This document shows positions 10,530-24,437 of a DNA stretch of 64,000 bases, in pieces. The notes under the pieces were generated by a model. That model did no database searches. It saw only the letters and a list, made by a program, of their open reading frames with translations, and was not told the DNA's origin. The translations under genes were made by a program, and so were the position numbers. Within the stretch, counting starts at the first letter, position 1. Every line of letters begins with the position of its first letter. This DNA is from Thermodesulfobacteriota bacterium (lineage in GTDB: Bacteria > Desulfobacterota_D > UBA1144 > Nemesobacterales > UBA2774): contig OY729416.1 in NCBI GenBank assembly GCA_963422265.1, positions 896,001 to 960,000 of the forward strand, in the 5' to 3' direction.

Positions 10530-11937
10530 ACTCAAAGAAGAGTGTGGAGTTTTCGGCATATATGGGAATTCTGAGGCGGCCAATCTAACATACTTAGGGC
10601 TCCACGCCCTGCAACATAGAGGACAGGAAAGCGCTGGAATAGTAACGTCGGACGGGATAAACCTACATTATCACCGTAACATGGGGCTCGTATCAGATAT
10701 ATTCACCGAAGAAGTCTTATCCAAACTTACGGGCAATAACGCCATAGGACACGTGCGCTACTCGACTACGGGATCAAGCCATATGAAAAATATGCAGCCC
10801 ATAGTAATAAACTATTTTCGCGGCGCGCTTTCCATTGGGCACAACGGCAACCTGACAAACGCGAGAACCCTTAGGAAAGAGCTTGAAGAGAGCGGAGCAA
10901 TTTTCCAATCGACAACGGATACGGAAGTAATTGTTCATCTGATAGCTAAGTCCAAAGAGGAAGGACTGGCAAAGAAAATTGTCGAAGCCCTAAACAAGTG
11001 TAAGGGAGCCTATTCTCTGCTTTTCCTTACACCAGAGACGATGGTAGCGGCAAGAGATCCTTACGGCTTTAGACCCTTGGTTATGGGAAAGCTTGGAGAC
11101 TCGCCCGTTATCGCCTCAGAGAGCTGCGCCTTTGATTTAATAGAAGCAAAATTTGAAAGAGAAATAGAACCCGGGGAAATTGTGGTAATTGATCAAAACG
11201 GCGTTGAATTTCTTAAACCTTTTCCTGAGACAAAACACGCCTACTGTGTGTTCGAACACATTTACTTTGCAAGACCAGATAGCTTTATGACGGGGAGAAA
11301 CGTCTATCAGGTAAGAAAAGCGCTTGGCAAACAACTTTCAATAGAACACCCTGCGAAAGCGGATATTGTCGTCGCGGTGCCGGACTCAGGTGTGCCTTCA
11401 GCTATTGGTTACGCGGAAGAGTCAGGACTTCCACTCGAGCTGGGATTACTCAGGAGCCACTATATGGGAAGAACGTTTATCCAGCCACAGCAATCAATTA
11501 GAAACTTGGGCGTTAAGCTAAAGCTAAATGCTATAGGCGAGGTGCTGGAGGGAAAAAGAGTCGTTATAGTAGATGACTCAATTGTTAGAGGAACGACAAG
11601 CAGGAAGATCGTGAAAATGATACGCGCTGCAGGAGCAAAGGAAGTGCACGTGAGAATAAGCTCGCCACCGACAAAATTTTCATGCTATTATGGGATAGAT
11701 ACTCCTCTGAACGAAGAGCTCATAGCAAACTCATTAGAAATAGAAGAGATTAAAAAATACATAACGTCCGATTCCTTAGGCTACCTAAGCATGAAAGGCG
11801 TTATGAAAGCAGTAAATGAGAAGAGAATTCTCAGGGGCAAAGAAAATTTCTGTAACGCATGCTTCACAGGTGAATATCCTGCTGAGATTACTGATAGAGA
11901 AACTAACCAGAATGAGCAACCCGGCCTTTTCGAGTAG
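10522..11937 (+). CDS. purF: Amidophosphoribosyltransferase
   Basis: Propeptide then [37 protein letters not shown]. Confidence 0.98.
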   Translation: MPKLKEECGVFGIYGNSEAANLTYLGLHALQHRGQESAGIVTSDGINLHYHRNMGLVSDIFTEEVLSKLTGNNAIGHVRYSTTGSSHMKNMQPIVINYFRGALSIGHNGNLTNARTLRKELEESGAIFQSTTDTEVIVHLIAKSKEEGLAKKIVEALNKCKGAYSLLFLTPETMVAARDPYGFRPLVMGKLGDSPVIASESCAFDLIEAKFEREIEPGEIVVIDQNGVEFLKPFPETKHAYCVFEHIYFARPDSFMTGRNVYQVRKALGKQLSIEHPAKADIVVAVPDSGVPSAIGYAEESGLPLELGLLRSHYMGRTFIQPQQSIRNLGVKLKLNAIGEVLEGKRVVIVDDSIVRGTTSRKIVKMIRAAGAKEVHVRISSPPTKFSCYYGIDTPLNEELIANSLEIEEIKKYITSDSLGYLSMKGVMKAVNEKRILRGKENFCNACFTGEYPAEITDRETNQNEQPGLFE

Positions 11938-12003
11938 CTAGGTTGACCTGATAGAACGCATTATACTTCAACGCAAGATCGCAGATGCTAGAATGCTAGC
12001 TTA

Positions 12004-14715
12004 CTAATTTAGTTCTTGCAATTTCTCAAACACCTCTAGCATCTTCCGCTTCTGGAATGATAATTGTTCATGCTTACCTTTCTCCTTCTTCACCACTCCT
12101 TCAGGTGCTTGGCTTAGGAAGCCAGCGCTGGCGAGCTTCCTTTCAGCGCGTTCTAATTCCTTTGTTATCTTGCCGATTTCTCTCCTAATCCTCTCAGACT
12201 CTTTCTCAATATCAATCAGACCTTCTATAGGCAAAAAGATTTCAACTCCCGGATTGACCTGCGCAATAGCCCTTGTGGGCTTTTCTCCGCTATTGGCTAT
12301 ATCAAATTTTGACAACGTGGCTAGGTTAAGAATAAGTTCCCTGTTAGATTCAATATATTCTCTAATAACGTCATTTTCAGGAAGTAAAACGACTCTCACT
12401 TGCTCAGAAGGATGCACCCTGATTGTAGCTCTTAGATTTCGGATACCGACTACTACACCTTTAACAAACTCTATTTCTCTGTAACCATGCTCAAATATAT
12501 GGTCTCTATTAAATTCTGGAAAAGAGCTTTTAACAATGCTCTCCGAATCACTCCCTTCTACGCTATTTAGCGTCACACCAAATTCACGAAGCCGCTGATA
12601 TAATTCTTCTGTAATAAAAGGAGCTATAGGGTGAAGTAGTTGGAGAGACGTTGTCAGAACTTTTATCAGAACATCCCTGGTCTTCTGCTTTACACGTTCG
12701 TCACCACTATAAAGCTCGGGCTTGACCGCCTCAATGTACCAATTACAGTAATCCACCCATATAAACTGATAAATGGCGCTAGCCGCTTTATCAAATTGAT
12801 AGTAGTCAAGTGAATCCTGAACCTCCTTTATAGTGTAATTGAGCTTGGTAATTATCCATTTGTCATAGTTAGACAAGTCTTCTTCTGCAAAAGGTAGAGA
12901 AAAATCGTAACCTTCTAGGTTCATAACCAGGAAGCGGGAAGCGTTCCATATTTTATTTATAAAATTCCTGTAACCCTGAATAGTAGACATAGAGAGTTTT
13001 ATATCTCTTCCCTGAGTAGCAAGCGCACACAGGCTAAATCTAAGAGCATCAGCACCGTTCTCTTCTATAACGCTGAGTGGATCAATGACGTTTCCCGTGG
13101 TTTTACTCATCTTTTTGCCTTTTTCATCCCTTATTAGTCCGTGAATATAAACGTCCTTAAACGGCACGTCCCCCATGAACTTAATACCCTGCATAATCAT
13201 ACGTGCAACCCAGAAGAAGATGATGTCAAAACCGGTTACTAAAACGCTAGTCGGATAGTATTTTTTGAGTTCAGGCGTCAGTTTGGGCCATCCAAGTGTT
13301 GAGAAAGGCCACAAAGCTGAAGAAAACCACGTGTCAAGCACGTCTAGATCCCTGATTAGCTCCACCTCATTGCCGTAATGATCTTTAGCCGTCTCAAGCG
13401 CTTCTTCCTCAGATTTTGCAACGAATACTTGACCGTCAGGACCATACCAGGCGGGAATCTGATGTCCCCACCAGAGCTGACGGGATATACACCAGGGCTC
13501 AACATTGCGAAGCCACTCAAAATACGTGTTTTCCCAATATCTAGGGACAAAACTTATATCTCCATCTTCAACGGCACTAATCGCCCGCGCGGCAAGCTTT
13601 TTAGCATCCACATACCACTGATCGGTAAGCCATGGCTCAATCACGACGTCAGATCTATCACCATAAGGCAGGGTGTGCGAAGTTTTTTCGACCTTAGCTA
13701 ATAATCCTAGAGACTGCATATCATCTACGATCCGCTTCCTAGCCTGAAACCTATCCATACCCCTGTAAGCAGTGGGAACATCTTCATTCATACGAGCTGT
13801 TTCATCAAATATATTTATCATAGAGAGATTATGCCTCTTGCCTACTTCAAAATCATTAAAATCATGGGCAGGCGTGATTTTCACGGCACCCGAACCTTTC
13901 TCAGGATCGCTATACTCATCCGCTATAATAGGTATTACTCGCCCTACAAGCGGAAGCACTACACTTTTTCCTATAAGGCGCTTGTAACGCTCATCTTCAG
14001 GATGAACAGCAACGGCCGTATCTCCTAACATCGTCTCCGGTCTGGTGGTCGCAACAGTTATAAATTCACTATCCCCATCCTTAATAGGATACATAAGATG
14101 CCAAAGGGATCCTTCTACGTCTTTTTGCTCTACTTCCAGATCCGAAATTGCAGTGCGCAGCTTAGGATCCCAATTCACCAGCTTTTTATCCTTATAAATA
14201 AGCCCCTGATCATAGAGATATACAAAGACTTTCCTCACGGCACGTGAAAGATTTTCATCAAGCGTAAAACGCTCCTTATCCCAATCTGGCAAAGCGCCAA
14301 GTCTTTTAAGCTGTTCTACTATAACGCCACCCGAGTCTTCTTTCCACTTCCAAACACGGTCTAAGAAAGCCTCCTTACCAATGTCAATTCTCGATAATCC
14401 CTCTTTTTCAAGCTCGCGCTCAACTACCATCTGAGTCGCAATACCCGCATGATCCATACCGGGCACCCAAAGAGCGTCAAAACCTTTCATACGCTTATAG
14501 CGAATGAGGATATCCTGTATGGTGTAGTCCAAAGCATGTCCGATATGAAGGGACCCAGTCACATTTGGAGGTGGAATCACTATAGTAAAAGGAACTTTAT
14601 CGGACTGAGTCGAAGCTCTATAGTAACCCTTATCAAGCCACTCGGCATACAATCTCTCCTCAACCTTTTTTGGATCGTAAGCCTTGTCCATTCTGGACTT
14701 ACTATTTTGAGACAT
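12004..14715 (-). CDS. valS: Valine--tRNA ligase (start uncertain, 14691-14745)
   Basis: PPPNVTGSLHIGH, WCISRQLWWGH, DVLDTWFSS, KMSKT. Confidence 0.97.
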   Translation of the reverse strand: MSQNSKSRMDKAYDPKKVEERLYAEWLDKGYYRASTQSDKVPFTIVIPPPNVTGSLHIGHALDYTIQDILIRYKRMKGFDALWVPGMDHAGIATQMVVERELEKEGLSRIDIGKEAFLDRVWKWKEDSGGVIVEQLKRLGALPDWDKERFTLDENLSRAVRKVFVYLYDQGLIYKDKKLVNWDPKLRTAISDLEVEQKDVEGSLWHLMYPIKDGDSEFITVATTRPETMLGDTAVAVHPEDERYKRLIGKSVVLPLVGRVIPIIADEYSDPEKGSGAVKITPAHDFNDFEVGKRHNLSMINIFDETARMNEDVPTAYRGMDRFQARKRIVDDMQSLGLLAKVEKTSHTLPYGDRSDVVIEPWLTDQWYVDAKKLAARAISAVEDGDISFVPRYWENTYFEWLRNVEPWCISRQLWWGHQIPAWYGPDGQVFVAKSEEEALETAKDHYGNEVELIRDLDVLDTWFSSALWPFSTLGWPKLTPELKKYYPTSVLVTGFDIIFFWVARMIMQGIKFMGDVPFKDVYIHGLIRDEKGKKMSKTTGNVIDPLSVIEENGADALRFSLCALATQGRDIKLSMSTIQGYRNFINKIWNASRFLVMNLEGYDFSLPFAEEDLSNYDKWIITKLNYTIKEVQDSLDYYQFDKAASAIYQFIWVDYCNWYIEAVKPELYSGDERVKQKTRDVLIKVLTTSLQLLHPIAPFITEELYQRLREFGVTLNSVEGSDSESIVKSSFPEFNRDHIFEHGYREIEFVKGVVVGIRNLRATIRVHPSEQVRVVLLPENDVIREYIESNRELILNLATLSKFDIANSGEKPTRAIAQVNPGVEIFLPIEGLIDIEKESERIRREIGKITKELERAERKLASAGFLSQAPEGVVKKEKGKHEQLSFQKRKMLEVFEKLQELN

Positions 14716-14819
14716 CGTTATAAGCCTTATAAAATACTGAGACAAGATTTGGGGACTAGGGAGTCGTTTTTAGACATGTCCCCGAAATCCATAGAGAAAA
14801 CTTCCCTAAACCCAACTTT

Positions 14820-17800
14820 TTATGCCGATTGTTCCTCTACGGAGGTAACAGTTGGAACCGGCACCTCAAGAACTGGCACCTCAACATCTATATTTCTATA
14901 AATCGGAAGCCCGGTTCCAGCAGGTATGAGCCTACCTATAATAACGTTTTCTTTAAGTCCCCTTAGATGATCTTTCTTACCCTCACATGCAGCTTCGGTT
15001 AGAATCTTTGTCGTTTCTTGGAAAGACGCCGCAGAGAGCCAACTTTCGGTACTTAGCGACGCCCTTGTAATGCCAACGAGGCGGGGCTCCGCAGATGCAG
15101 GTTTTCCACCTTGTTGAACAACCCTTTCATTCTCTTCAAAGAAATCACGTTTTTCCACAACTTCGGCAGCAAGTAGGGTAGTATCGCCCGGATCCTTTAC
15201 CTCTACCCTTTTAAGCATTTGCCTGACAATAACTTCTATGTGCTTATCATTCATTTTAACTCCCTGCAGCCTGTAAATCTCTTGAACCTCATCGACAAGG
15301 TAACGTATAAGGGCGCGCTCTCCACGTATCTTCAGAATATCGTGCGGATCTACAGAACCATCAACAAGCTGATCACCTGAATTGACCCATTCGCCATCTC
15401 TGACGAGTATGTGCCTACCCCTGGGAATTGAATATTTTTTTTCTTCGCCAATATCAGGAACAACGCTAACTCTCCTCTTTCCTTTGAGATCACCTCCATA
15501 CTTAACTATACCGTCAATCTCTGACACAACCGCTGGGTCCTTTGGCCTCCTGGCTTCAAAAAGCTCTGCCACCCTTGGAAGCCCCCCGGTGATATCCTTG
15601 GTCTTAGCTGTCGCTCTAGCAATTTTGGCGATAATATCACCGGCATTAACGGCATCGCCTTCATTCCTCTCTATTACAGCGCCTATCGGCAGTGAATAAA
15701 GTATGTTTCCCCCATCGCTCGTTCTAATAACAATTCTCGGATGTAGGTTCAAATCCGTAGATTCAATAACAACCTTTTTATAAATACCGGTAACCTCATC
15801 AACCTGCTCTTTCAGAGTTACGCCCTGCTCTAAATGTATAAACCCTATGGTGCCCTCAAACTCTGAAATGACAGGCGTCGTATAAGGATCCCATTCCGCA
15901 ATGATCTGCCCTTCTTTCACCTTTTCCCCATCTTTAACCCTCAACCTTGCTCCTAGCACTAGCGGACTCTTCTCCATTTCATAACCTTTTTCATCCACTA
16001 TTGCCAAAGCCCCTGCACGGTTAACTACAACTAGGTTCCCATCCTTGCCTCTCACCGTTCTTACGTTATTGAGCTTAATTACACCCTCGTGGGCACCCTT
16101 AAGCGTGCTCTCCGCAGCCCTCTGACTAGCAGCTCCACCTATATGGAAGGTTCTCATAGTAAGCTGCGTGCCTGGCTCGCCAATTGATTGGGCAGCGATA
16201 ATACCTACTGCTTCTCCAATGTTAACGAGCTTACCCGTAGCGAGATTCCTTCCATAGCACAAGGTGCACACGCCTACTTGCGCTTCACAAGTTAGAACGG
16301 ATCTGATCTTAATCTCAGCAATGCTACCAGCTTCGTCAATTGCAGAGCAGAACCTTTCATCTATTTCTTGGTTGGCACGAACTATGCACTCGCCACTAGC
16401 TGGATCAAGAACATCTTCTGACGCTACCCTTCCTAACACCCTTTCCGCCACTCTTGCTATTACGTCTCCACCGCTGTCCACTAAGCCACTAACCAAAATA
16501 CTTTCAACGGTGCCACAGTCGTATTCTTTTATCATAACATCTTGGGCAACGTCTATAAGCCTTCTTGTTAGATAACCCGCGTTCGCCGTTTTAAGCGCAG
16601 TGTCTGCCAGTCCTTTTCTCGCCCCATGGGTGGAAATAAAGTATTGAAGCACCGTCAATCCTTCACGAAAATTAGAGGTAATAGGGGTTTCTATAATCTC
16701 TCCCGATGGTTTAGCCATAAGCCCCCTCATCCCGGCGAGCTGACGAACCTGGTCCTTACTTCCCCTTGCCCCTGAATCAATCATCATATATATAGGGTTA
16801 GAACTGGCTCCCCTTTTAGTTTCTCCTTTGTCGTTCTTTGCTTCCTCAAAAGATATATCGCGCATCATTTCTTCAGCAACTTCAACGTTTGTCCTGGACC
16901 AAATATCTATAACCTTGTTATACCTCTCGCCATCTGTAATAAGTCCCTGTAGATACTGATTCTGTACCTTAACAACCTCATCACTCGCCCTTTGGAGAAG
17001 GTCCTTTTTCTTTTCAGGAATGCTCATATCGTTAATGGATATTGAGATGCCGGCTATTGTCGAGTACTTGAAACCCAAAGTTCTCATATTATCGGCAAGA
17101 AGAACCGTACTCTTGCCTCCAGCCATTCTAAAGCAGTTGTCAACAAGCTCTTCTATAGCCCTCTTTGTCATTGATCTGTTTACAAGCTCAAATGGTATAA
17201 CTTTAGGCATTATTTCGTAAAGTAGTACTCGCCCAGCCGTAGTATCATAAAGCTTGTCCTTTATGCAAACGCGAATCTTCGCATGTAACCCGATGTCACC
17301 TGAATCATAAGCCATCTGCACTTCCTCAATAGAGGAAAAGATTTTCCCGTCCCCCTTATCAACTGCCATGTCTCTGGTCATATAATAAATGCCAAGAACA
17401 ATATCCTGCGTAGGCAGTATTATAGGCTTTCCATGAGCTGGAGATAGTATATTATTAGTGGACATAACTAGAGCCCTACACTCGGTTTGAGCTTCTACTG
17501 ACAGAGGCACGTGGACGGCCATTTGATCGCCGTCAAAGTCGGCGTTGTAAGCGGGACATACCAAAGGGTGTATCTGAATAGCTTTGTCCTCAATAAGTAT
17601 AGGCTCAAAAGCCTGGATGCTAAGACGATGAAGCGTAGGAGCGCGGTTTAAGAGCACTGGATGCTCTTTAATCACTTCATCAAGCGCATCCCACACGACA
17701 GGATCCTCTTGTTCCACCAGTTTCTTTGCTATTTTTATAGTCGCGGCAGAACCCCACTGTTCAAGTTTCTGATATATAAACGGTCTGAACAACTCAAGTC

Positions 17801-18914
17801 CCATCTGTTTTGGAATACCACACTGGTGAAGTTTGAGATCAGGTCCGACCGTAATGACCGAGCGACCCGAGTAATCAACTCTTTTCCCCAGCAAGTTGTG
17901 CCTGAAACGTCCCTGTTTCCCTTTTATTATATCGCTAAGACTTTTAAGAGGTCTGCGGTTGTGCCCGAGCACGGGTCTTCCCCGTCGTCCATTCTCCAAA
18001 AGGGCATCTACTGATTCCTGAAGCATACGTTTTTCATTTCTTATAATAATATCAGGCGCCCCTAGCTCCAGCAGTTTTTTCAGCCGATTGTTCCTGTTAA
18101 TTACACGCCTATATAAATCATTTAGATCTGAAGTGGCGAACCTACCACCTTCGAGAGGCACAAGTGGTCTAAGATCCGGTGGAAGTACCGGAATATTGGT
18201 TAAAATCATCCATTCTGGACGATTCTTAGACCTCTTGAATGCTTCGCAAATTCTAAGCCGCTTTGCTATTCTAGCCCTTTTAATAGGGGAGGTAGTATTC
18301 TTCATTTCATGTCTTAACTGCTCAGAAAGCTCAGCAAGGTCTATCTTTTTAAGCATTTCCCTTATCGTCTCTGCACCCATTCCAACTTTGAAATCATGTC
18401 CATACTCTTCAATTGCCTTCCTATATTTATCTTCGCCTAATACTTCGGCAAACTCCAATGGAGAACTACCAGGATCAACAACTACGTATGATTCATAGTA
18501 AAGCACTTTTTCGAGATCCTTTAGCGTCATATCCAACAGCATTCCAATTCGGGATGGAATACTCCTCAGAAACCATATATGGGCTACAGGTGATGAAAGC
18601 TCAATATGCGCCATTCTATCTCTTCTAACCTTAGACGATATGACCTCCACTCCACATTTCTCACACGTTATTCCTCTATGCTTAAGTCTCTTATACTTTC
18701 CGCAGGTACACTCGTAGTCCTTTACCGGTCCGAATATTTTAGCACAGAACAAACCGCCCCTTTCAGGCTTAAATGTTCTATAATTGATAGTTTCAGGTTT
18801 TTTCACTTCTCCACTTGACCATTCTTTGATCTTTTCCGGAAAAGCAATTGAGATTTTTACGGCTGAGTAATCAGAAGGGTTTTTGGGTTTTTCAAAAAGG
18901 CTGTTTGCGTCCAC
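14820..18914 (-). CDS. rpoC: RNA polymerase beta' subunit (GTG start)
   Basis: [21 protein letters not shown] catalytic motif, SAASFQETT. Confidence 0.99.
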   Translation of the reverse strand: MDANSLFEKPKNPSDYSAVKISIAFPEKIKEWSSGEVKKPETINYRTFKPERGGLFCAKIFGPVKDYECTCGKYKRLKHRGITCEKCGVEVISSKVRRDRMAHIELSSPVAHIWFLRSIPSRIGMLLDMTLKDLEKVLYYESYVVVDPGSSPLEFAEVLGEDKYRKAIEEYGHDFKVGMGAETIREMLKKIDLAELSEQLRHEMKNTTSPIKRARIAKRLRICEAFKRSKNRPEWMILTNIPVLPPDLRPLVPLEGGRFATSDLNDLYRRVINRNNRLKKLLELGAPDIIIRNEKRMLQESVDALLENGRRGRPVLGHNRRPLKSLSDIIKGKQGRFRHNLLGKRVDYSGRSVITVGPDLKLHQCGIPKQMGLELFRPFIYQKLEQWGSAATIKIAKKLVEQEDPVVWDALDEVIKEHPVLLNRAPTLHRLSIQAFEPILIEDKAIQIHPLVCPAYNADFDGDQMAVHVPLSVEAQTECRALVMSTNNILSPAHGKPIILPTQDIVLGIYYMTRDMAVDKGDGKIFSSIEEVQMAYDSGDIGLHAKIRVCIKDKLYDTTAGRVLLYEIMPKVIPFELVNRSMTKRAIEELVDNCFRMAGGKSTVLLADNMRTLGFKYSTIAGISISINDMSIPEKKKDLLQRASDEVVKVQNQYLQGLITDGERYNKVIDIWSRTNVEVAEEMMRDISFEEAKNDKGETKRGASSNPIYMMIDSGARGSKDQVRQLAGMRGLMAKPSGEIIETPITSNFREGLTVLQYFISTHGARKGLADTALKTANAGYLTRRLIDVAQDVMIKEYDCGTVESILVSGLVDSGGDVIARVAERVLGRVASEDVLDPASGECIVRANQEIDERFCSAIDEAGSIAEIKIRSVLTCEAQVGVCTLCYGRNLATGKLVNIGEAVGIIAAQSIGEPGTQLTMRTFHIGGAASQRAAESTLKGAHEGVIKLNNVRTVRGKDGNLVVVNRAGALAIVDEKGYEMEKSPLVLGARLRVKDGEKVKEGQIIAEWDPYTTPVISEFEGTIGFIHLEQGVTLKEQVDEVTGIYKKVVIESTDLNLHPRIVIRTSDGGNILYSLPIGAVIERNEGDAVNAGDIIAKIARATAKTKDITGGLPRVAELFEARRPKDPAVVSEIDGIVKYGGDLKGKRRVSVVPDIGEEKKYSIPRGRHILVRDGEWVNSGDQLVDGSVDPHDILKIRGERALIRYLVDEVQEIYRLQGVKMNDKHIEVIVRQMLKRVEVKDPGDTTLLAAEVVEKRDFFEENERVVQQGGKPASAEPRLVGITRASLSTESWLSAASFQETTKILTEAACEGKKDHLRGLKENVIIGRLIPAGTGLPIYRNIDVEVPVLEVPVPTVTSVEEQSA

Positions 18915-18943
18915 TCTTTATCTCCCTTATGCATATTAATTTA

Positions 18944-21900
18944 CTAATACATATCAACTTCACTCTCTTCTAGAAGCTCTACATCCAAAGCAAGTGCCTG
19001 TAGTTCCTTTTGCAAAACTCTGAATGATTCTGGAATACCAGGCTCAAAATTCATGTCACCTTTTACTATTGAATCAAATATTCTAGTCCTACCAATGACA
19101 TCATCCGATTTAACAGTAAGAAATTCCTGTAGGGTGTATGAAGCACCGTAAGCCTCAAGCGCCCATACCTCCATCTCACCCAGTCTCTGACCGCCGAAAT
19201 GAGCTTTGCCACCCAAGGGTTGTTGAGTAACAAGGGAATAAGGACCAATAGCTCTTGCGTGTATCTTTTCCTCAACCAGATGATGAAGCTTTAGCATATA
19301 CATAACGCCTACTGTAACTTTCTGATCAAACGGCTCGCCCGTCCGACCATCAAAAAGAATTGTCTTTCCATCCTCAGGCAGTTCAGCCTTGTTTAGCATC
19401 TCCTTTATATGCTGTTCTGTCGCACCATCAAACACCGCAGACTTAACTGGAATACCCCTGGCAAGCCTCCTAGCAACGTCAATAACCTCCTCATCATTCA
19501 ACTTGTCTATTAAGCCTCTTGCTGGTCCTTCGCCATATATGGAATTCAATTTTTCTCTTATTGCTTCGGGACCGAATTCTCTTTCAATAACCTCGTTTAT
19601 CTGGTTGCCCAACTCGTGCGCCGCCCATCCGAGATGGGTTTCCAACACTTGGCCAACGTTCATCCTAGATGGAACACCGAGGGGATTAAGTATCATATCG
19701 ACTGGCCTACCATTAGGAAGATAAGGCATATCCTCCTCAGAAAGAATTTTTGACACGACGCCCTTATTTCCGTGCCTCCCCGCCATTTTATCACCTACTT
19801 GCAGCTTTCTTTTAACGGCTATATTGACCTTCACAACTTTAAGAACCCCAGGAGGAAGCTCATCTGGTTTGATGAGCTTTTCCTTTCTACTATCGTAAAT
19901 AACGTTTGTTAAATCGATTTGCTCTAAAGTCCTTTCGGAAATCTTTTTTACCTCAGCCTCTACATGATCTCCTTTTTCTACCACGATATCCTCAAGCTTT
20001 TCAAAAGGCACGGACCGAAGAACCTTGAGCGCTTCTTCATCTATCTTGTCCCCCTTTTTGAGAACCGTTTTCCTAGATACAGTCAATTTTGCAGAAGCCG
20101 TTCTGTTAATTAACAGTGCCTTTATGCGCCCAAAAGCATCATCCCTCAATGTGTTAATTTCATCATTTTTATCCTGCTCCAATTGAGCTACTTCATTATT
20201 CTCAATGTCTTTAGCCCTTTCATCCTTATCAACCATTCTGGAAACTAGCATTTTTACGTCAATAACAGTGCCGTAAAGACCCGGAGTTGCTTTCAAAGAT
20301 GTATCCTTTACGTCTCCAGCCTTATCACCGAATATAGCCCTCAAGAGCCTCTCTTCAGGGGACAACTGGGTTTCGCCCTTAGGAGATATCTTGCCTACTA
20401 TTATATCTCCCGGCTTTACTTCGGCTCCTATTCTTATAATACCGCTATCATCTAAATTCCTGAGCGAATCTTCACTCACGTTCGGTATATCTTTGGTAAT
20501 CTCTTCTCGCCCGAGTTTTGTCTCACGAGCTATACACTCAACCTCTTCTACATGAATGGAGGTGAAGCTATCCTGCTTAGTAAGTCCTTCGCTTATAAGG
20601 ATCGCGTCTTCAAAGTTATAGCCTCCCCACGGCATAAATGCCACTAGTGCATTCTGTCCCAGGGCAAGCTCCCCATAATCAGTAGATGGTCCATCCGCTA
20701 TTACTTGACCAGTGCTAACGGGCTGCCCTCTTGAGACAATCGGTTTTTGGTTCCAGCATGTACTCTGATTAGATTTTTGAAACTTTATCAGATTATAAAT
20801 ATCAACCCCAGCGTCACCATCTGATACGCCGGCAGATGAACTGACAACTATTCTTGAGGAATCAACGTATTCCACCACTCCTCCCCTTTTCGCTATTACA
20901 GTTACTCCTGAATCCCTGGCCACCGTGCTTTCAAGGCCAGTTCCAACCAAAGGCGCGTGCGTGCTAACAAGGGGAACTGCCTGGCGCTGCATATTTGACC
21001 CCATAAGGGCGCGATTCGCATCATCGTGCTCTAGGAACGGTATTAACGACGCCGAGACGGAGACGAGTTGAGCAGGAGATATGTCCATAAGCTCTACCTT
21101 TTCACGATCAACCATAACAAATTCACCTGCGCTCCTGGCAGAGACAAATTCAGCAATAAAGCGACCGCGTTTATCAACAAGTGCATTTGCCTGTGCTATT
21201 ATATATTTCTCCTCTTCAAGCGCGCTCATATAGGTAATCTCGTCAGTCACTCTGGCATTCTTAACAACCCTGTAGGGAGTTTGGATAAAGCCATGTTCAC
21301 TAATTCTTCCATACGTACTAAGGCTTGAAATAAGCCCGATATTCGGACCCTCGGGCGTCTCGATCGGACATATTCTTCCATAGTGCGAAGAGTGCACGTC
21401 ACGAACTTCAAAACCTGCCCTCTCTCTTGTCAACCCCCCTGGACCCAAAGCGCTCAGCCTCCTTTTATGCGTTATCTCGGACAACGGGTTGGTTTGATCC
21501 ATAAATTGGGATAGCTGCCCGGTGGCAAAAAATTCCTTTACGGCAGCAATGACCGTCTTTGGAGCTAAAAGCTCGGTTGGCATAAGCGTCTCTACTTCCT
21601 GATATCCCATCTTCTCCTTTACAGAACGCGCTAACCTTTCAAGGCCGTGGTAAAATCGATCCTCTATTAGTTCCCCAACGGTTCGCACTCTTCTGTTGCC
21701 AAGATGGTCTATATCATCCGAAGTCCCCCTGCCCCCCCTAAGAGCAAGAAGATATTCAACTGTATTAACGATATCTTCCTTTGTGAGCGTTAATATCTCT
21801 TCAGAGACCCCATGATTTAGTTTATAATTCATTTTGAGCCTCCCCACAGGAGAAAGCCTATAGGTATCACGATTGAAGAACATATTCTTAAAAAACTCTT

Positions 21901-23068
21901 CTGCAATTCTTAACGTAGGCGGGTCCGTAGGGCGGAATTTTCTGTAAATCTCAGTTATGGCCTCCTCGCGGGTCTGCACCTTATCCGCAAGAACAGTATT
22001 CCGAAGAGAGGCAACTACAGATATATTGTCTATATAAAATAACCTCAAGTCAGTTATCCCACTTTCCTTAATCCGTTCGAGGTTTTCTTCGGTTATGATC
22101 TCGTTAAAACTGATAACAACCTCTCCGGTATTAGAATCTATAACGTCTTCGGCCGCGACCTTATCTATCAACTCGCTTGGATCAATCGCTATCCTACCTA
22201 CTTTAGCATCTCTCAATCTCTGGATTACTCTAGTAACAAATCTCCTTCCCTTTTTAACCAGGACGTTACCCGTTTTTGGATCAAGTATGTCGGCACTCGC
22301 CCTCTGGTAGGTTAGCACTTCCTGATTTATATCCTTGCTTACGCCAGATGAATCTAAATGAACGTTTTCTGCCAAATAAAAGCGCTCCATAATCTCTCTG
22401 TCGCTGTAACCAAGGGCTTTTAATAGCACGGTTGCCAGAAATTTTTTCTTTCTGTCTATTCTTACGTGTAGAAGATTCTTTGAATCAAATTCAAAATCTA
22501 TCCACCTGCCATCATGGGGAACGATCCTCGCAGAAAAAGAAGACCTGCCGGTGCTCGCATCCTTGCTTTTGATCTGATCAAAGAAAACTCCGGGAGAGCG
22601 ATGTAGTTGATTGACGATTACCCTCTCAGTCCCATTCACGATGAACGACCCGTTTGGAGTCATCAGAAGAATTTCACCAAAGTAAACTTCCTGTTCCTTT
22701 ACATCCCTTATAGTGCGATCTTCACCAGATTCGGTGTTTTCCCATATTACTAATCTGAAAGTTACGTAAAGGGGTGCTACATAGGTGTAGCCTTTTAATC
22801 TACACTCGACAGCCTCATACTTTGGCGTGCCCAATCTATAACTTATGTACTCTAGTGAGGCTTTCCCATTATTGTCTTTAATAGGAAACACCATATTAAA
22901 GGCATTGTGAAGACCAAAGTCAGCCCTATTCTCAGGATTTACATCTCTTTGGAGAAATTCATCATATGATTTTAGTTGTACGTCGAGCAGATGTGGTATT
23001 TCAAGAACCGAGGGTATTTTAGAAAAACTTTTCCTCAACTTATAAAATTCTAAACCTTCAAGGCTCAA
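18944..23068 (-). CDS. rpoB: RNA polymerase beta subunit (TTG start)
   Basis: [35 protein letters not shown]. Confidence 0.99.
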   Translation of the reverse strand: MSLEGLEFYKLRKSFSKIPSVLEIPHLLDVQLKSYDEFLQRDVNPENRADFGLHNAFNMVFPIKDNNGKASLEYISYRLGTPKYEAVECRLKGYTYVAPLYVTFRLVIWENTESGEDRTIRDVKEQEVYFGEILLMTPNGSFIVNGTERVIVNQLHRSPGVFFDQIKSKDASTGRSSFSARIVPHDGRWIDFEFDSKNLLHVRIDRKKKFLATVLLKALGYSDREIMERFYLAENVHLDSSGVSKDINQEVLTYQRASADILDPKTGNVLVKKGRRFVTRVIQRLRDAKVGRIAIDPSELIDKVAAEDVIDSNTGEVVISFNEIITEENLERIKESGITDLRLFYIDNISVVASLRNTVLADKVQTREEAITEIYRKFRPTDPPTLRIAEEFFKNMFFNRDTYRLSPVGRLKMNYKLNHGVSEEILTLTKEDIVNTVEYLLALRGGRGTSDDIDHLGNRRVRTVGELIEDRFYHGLERLARSVKEKMGYQEVETLMPTELLAPKTVIAAVKEFFATGQLSQFMDQTNPLSEITHKRRLSALGPGGLTRERAGFEVRDVHSSHYGRICPIETPEGPNIGLISSLSTYGRISEHGFIQTPYRVVKNARVTDEITYMSALEEEKYIIAQANALVDKRGRFIAEFVSARSAGEFVMVDREKVELMDISPAQLVSVSASLIPFLEHDDANRALMGSNMQRQAVPLVSTHAPLVGTGLESTVARDSGVTVIAKRGGVVEYVDSSRIVVSSSAGVSDGDAGVDIYNLIKFQKSNQSTCWNQKPIVSRGQPVSTGQVIADGPSTDYGELALGQNALVAFMPWGGYNFEDAILISEGLTKQDSFTSIHVEEVECIARETKLGREEITKDIPNVSEDSLRNLDDSGIIRIGAEVKPGDIIVGKISPKGETQLSPEERLLRAIFGDKAGDVKDTSLKATPGLYGTVIDVKMLVSRMVDKDERAKDIENNEVAQLEQDKNDEINTLRDDAFGRIKALLINRTASAKLTVSRKTVLKKGDKIDEEALKVLRSVPFEKLEDIVVEKGDHVEAEVKKISERTLEQIDLTNVIYDSRKEKLIKPDELPPGVLKVVKVNIAVKRKLQVGDKMAGRHGNKGVVSKILSEEDMPYLPNGRPVDMILNPLGVPSRMNVGQVLETHLGWAAHELGNQINEVIEREFGPEAIREKLNSIYGEGPARGLIDKLNDEEVIDVARRLARGIPVKSAVFDGATEQHIKEMLNKAELPEDGKTILFDGRTGEPFDQKVTVGVMYMLKLHHLVEEKIHARAIGPYSLVTQQPLGGKAHFGGQRLGEMEVWALEAYGASYTLQEFLTVKSDDVIGRTRIFDSIVKGDMNFEPGIPESFRVLQKELQALALDVELLEESEVDMY

Positions 23069-23283
23069 ATTAGGTTACCCCCCCAATGTGCGATATTGTC
23101 TATCATTCAAGCAGCTTCACGTCCGAACCCTCTTCCTTCAAAATAGAAGGACATACAACACCCAACTGAGTTTTTTGCTTAACTCACATCCAGATAAGGA
23201 CTCAAGAGTCGGAAAGTCGCGTAGCTGCGCGATCTTTTCAGAAGCATCAATAATTAATATCTGAATACAAAATTGAGACAGGC

Positions 23284-23679
23284 TTAATTAACTTCTACCT
23301 CAGCACCTGACTGTTCCACTTTCTTCTTAATTTCTTCAGCTTCTTTCTTGTCAATACCTTCTTTAATCGCTTTTGGGGCGCTCTCTACAAGCTCTTTGGC
23401 TTCTCTAAGACCGAGAGAAGTAACCTCTCTCACAGCTTTAATAACTTGAATCTTATTATCACCTATAGCTTTTAGAACTACATCAAATTCAGTTTTTTCT
23501 TCGGACTCACCGGAAGCATCGCCTACATCGCTAGCTCCAGGAACGGCAGATATTGCAACCTGCGGAGCTGCAGCTTTAACGTCAAATTTTTCCTCAATCT
23601 CTTTGATCAACTCTGATATCTCAAGCATATTCGCTTTCTCAAGATACGTGAGCACGTCCTCCCTAGTTGTTTCAGCCAT
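23284..23679 (-). CDS. rplL: 50S ribosomal protein L7/L12
   Basis: [31 protein letters not shown]. Confidence 0.98.
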   Translation of the reverse strand: MAETTREDVLTYLEKANMLEISELIKEIEEKFDVKAAAPQVAISAVPGASDVGDASGESEEKTEFDVVLKAIGDNKIQVIKAVREVTSLGLREAKELVESAPKAIKEGIDKKEAEEIKKKVEQSGAEVEVN

Positions 23680-23854
23680 TATAAACCTCCTTTGATATGC
23701 GTTTTCAAATATATTTTACAACCCCTTATGTAGCTACTTTTATTGTTTTGCTCCTCTTTGTCTCCCACATTTTACTCAAATCTTGCGATTCTGATACTCC
23801 TTGGTTTTTCTTCCACTTCTTGCTCCTACACAACATCTAGCAATTCCCTTTTGT

Positions 23855-24379
23855 TCATTTCCCCTCTTTGGACTCTTTAAGCGCACTCAAAGCATATAAT
23901 AGCTTGCTCTGAATCTGGAGGAGCTTACCACTGAGAGTAAACATCGGACTTGATATAGCACCCACCAACTGGGCAATCATCTCATGTCTCGAAGGCAGCT
24001 TGGAAAGCTCTGAAATCCGATTAGAATCAACAATTTTACCGCTAATGATGCCTCCTTTGATTTCTAGGTGAGACAACCCCTTTGCGGTATTAACAAAAAC
24101 CTTAGCAACGGGCGAAGGATCATTTTTACAAATCGCGACCGCTGTCGGACCTACGAACAAGGTGCTTATCTTTTCAATTTCCGTGTTTTCAGCAGCGAGT
24201 CTAAGTAAAGTGTTTTTAACGACCTTCAGCTCCGCGTCAGCCGCTCGCAAGTCTCGCCTGAGCTTCTCCATCTCCCTTACGGTAAGCCCCTGATAACCAA
24301 CAACCATAATGGAAGAACTAACTTTAAAAGCTTGACCAAACTTTTCAACTACATCCTGCTTAGCTGCTCTATTTAACAT
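23855..24379 (-). CDS. rplJ: 50S ribosomal protein L10
   Basis: YQGLTV, VVKNTLL, GPTAVA, LSKLPSR; conserved position in operon. Confidence 0.96.
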   Translation of the reverse strand: MLNRAAKQDVVEKFGQAFKVSSSIMVVGYQGLTVREMEKLRRDLRAADAELKVVKNTLLRLAAENTEIEKISTLFVGPTAVAICKNDPSPVAKVFVNTAKGLSHLEIKGGIISGKIVDSNRISELSKLPSRHEMIAQLVGAISSPMFTLSGKLLQIQSKLLYALSALKESKEGK

Positions 24380-24437
24380 TCAGGGCTCCTTAAGCTTAGT
24401 AAATTGCCGCTTCTAACACACTTCTATATCAAGTATA

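Noticed and set aside
14820-23068. Inteins or rpoB-rpoC fusion
   Set aside because: Lengths are ordinary, the genes are separate and no intein motifs were seen
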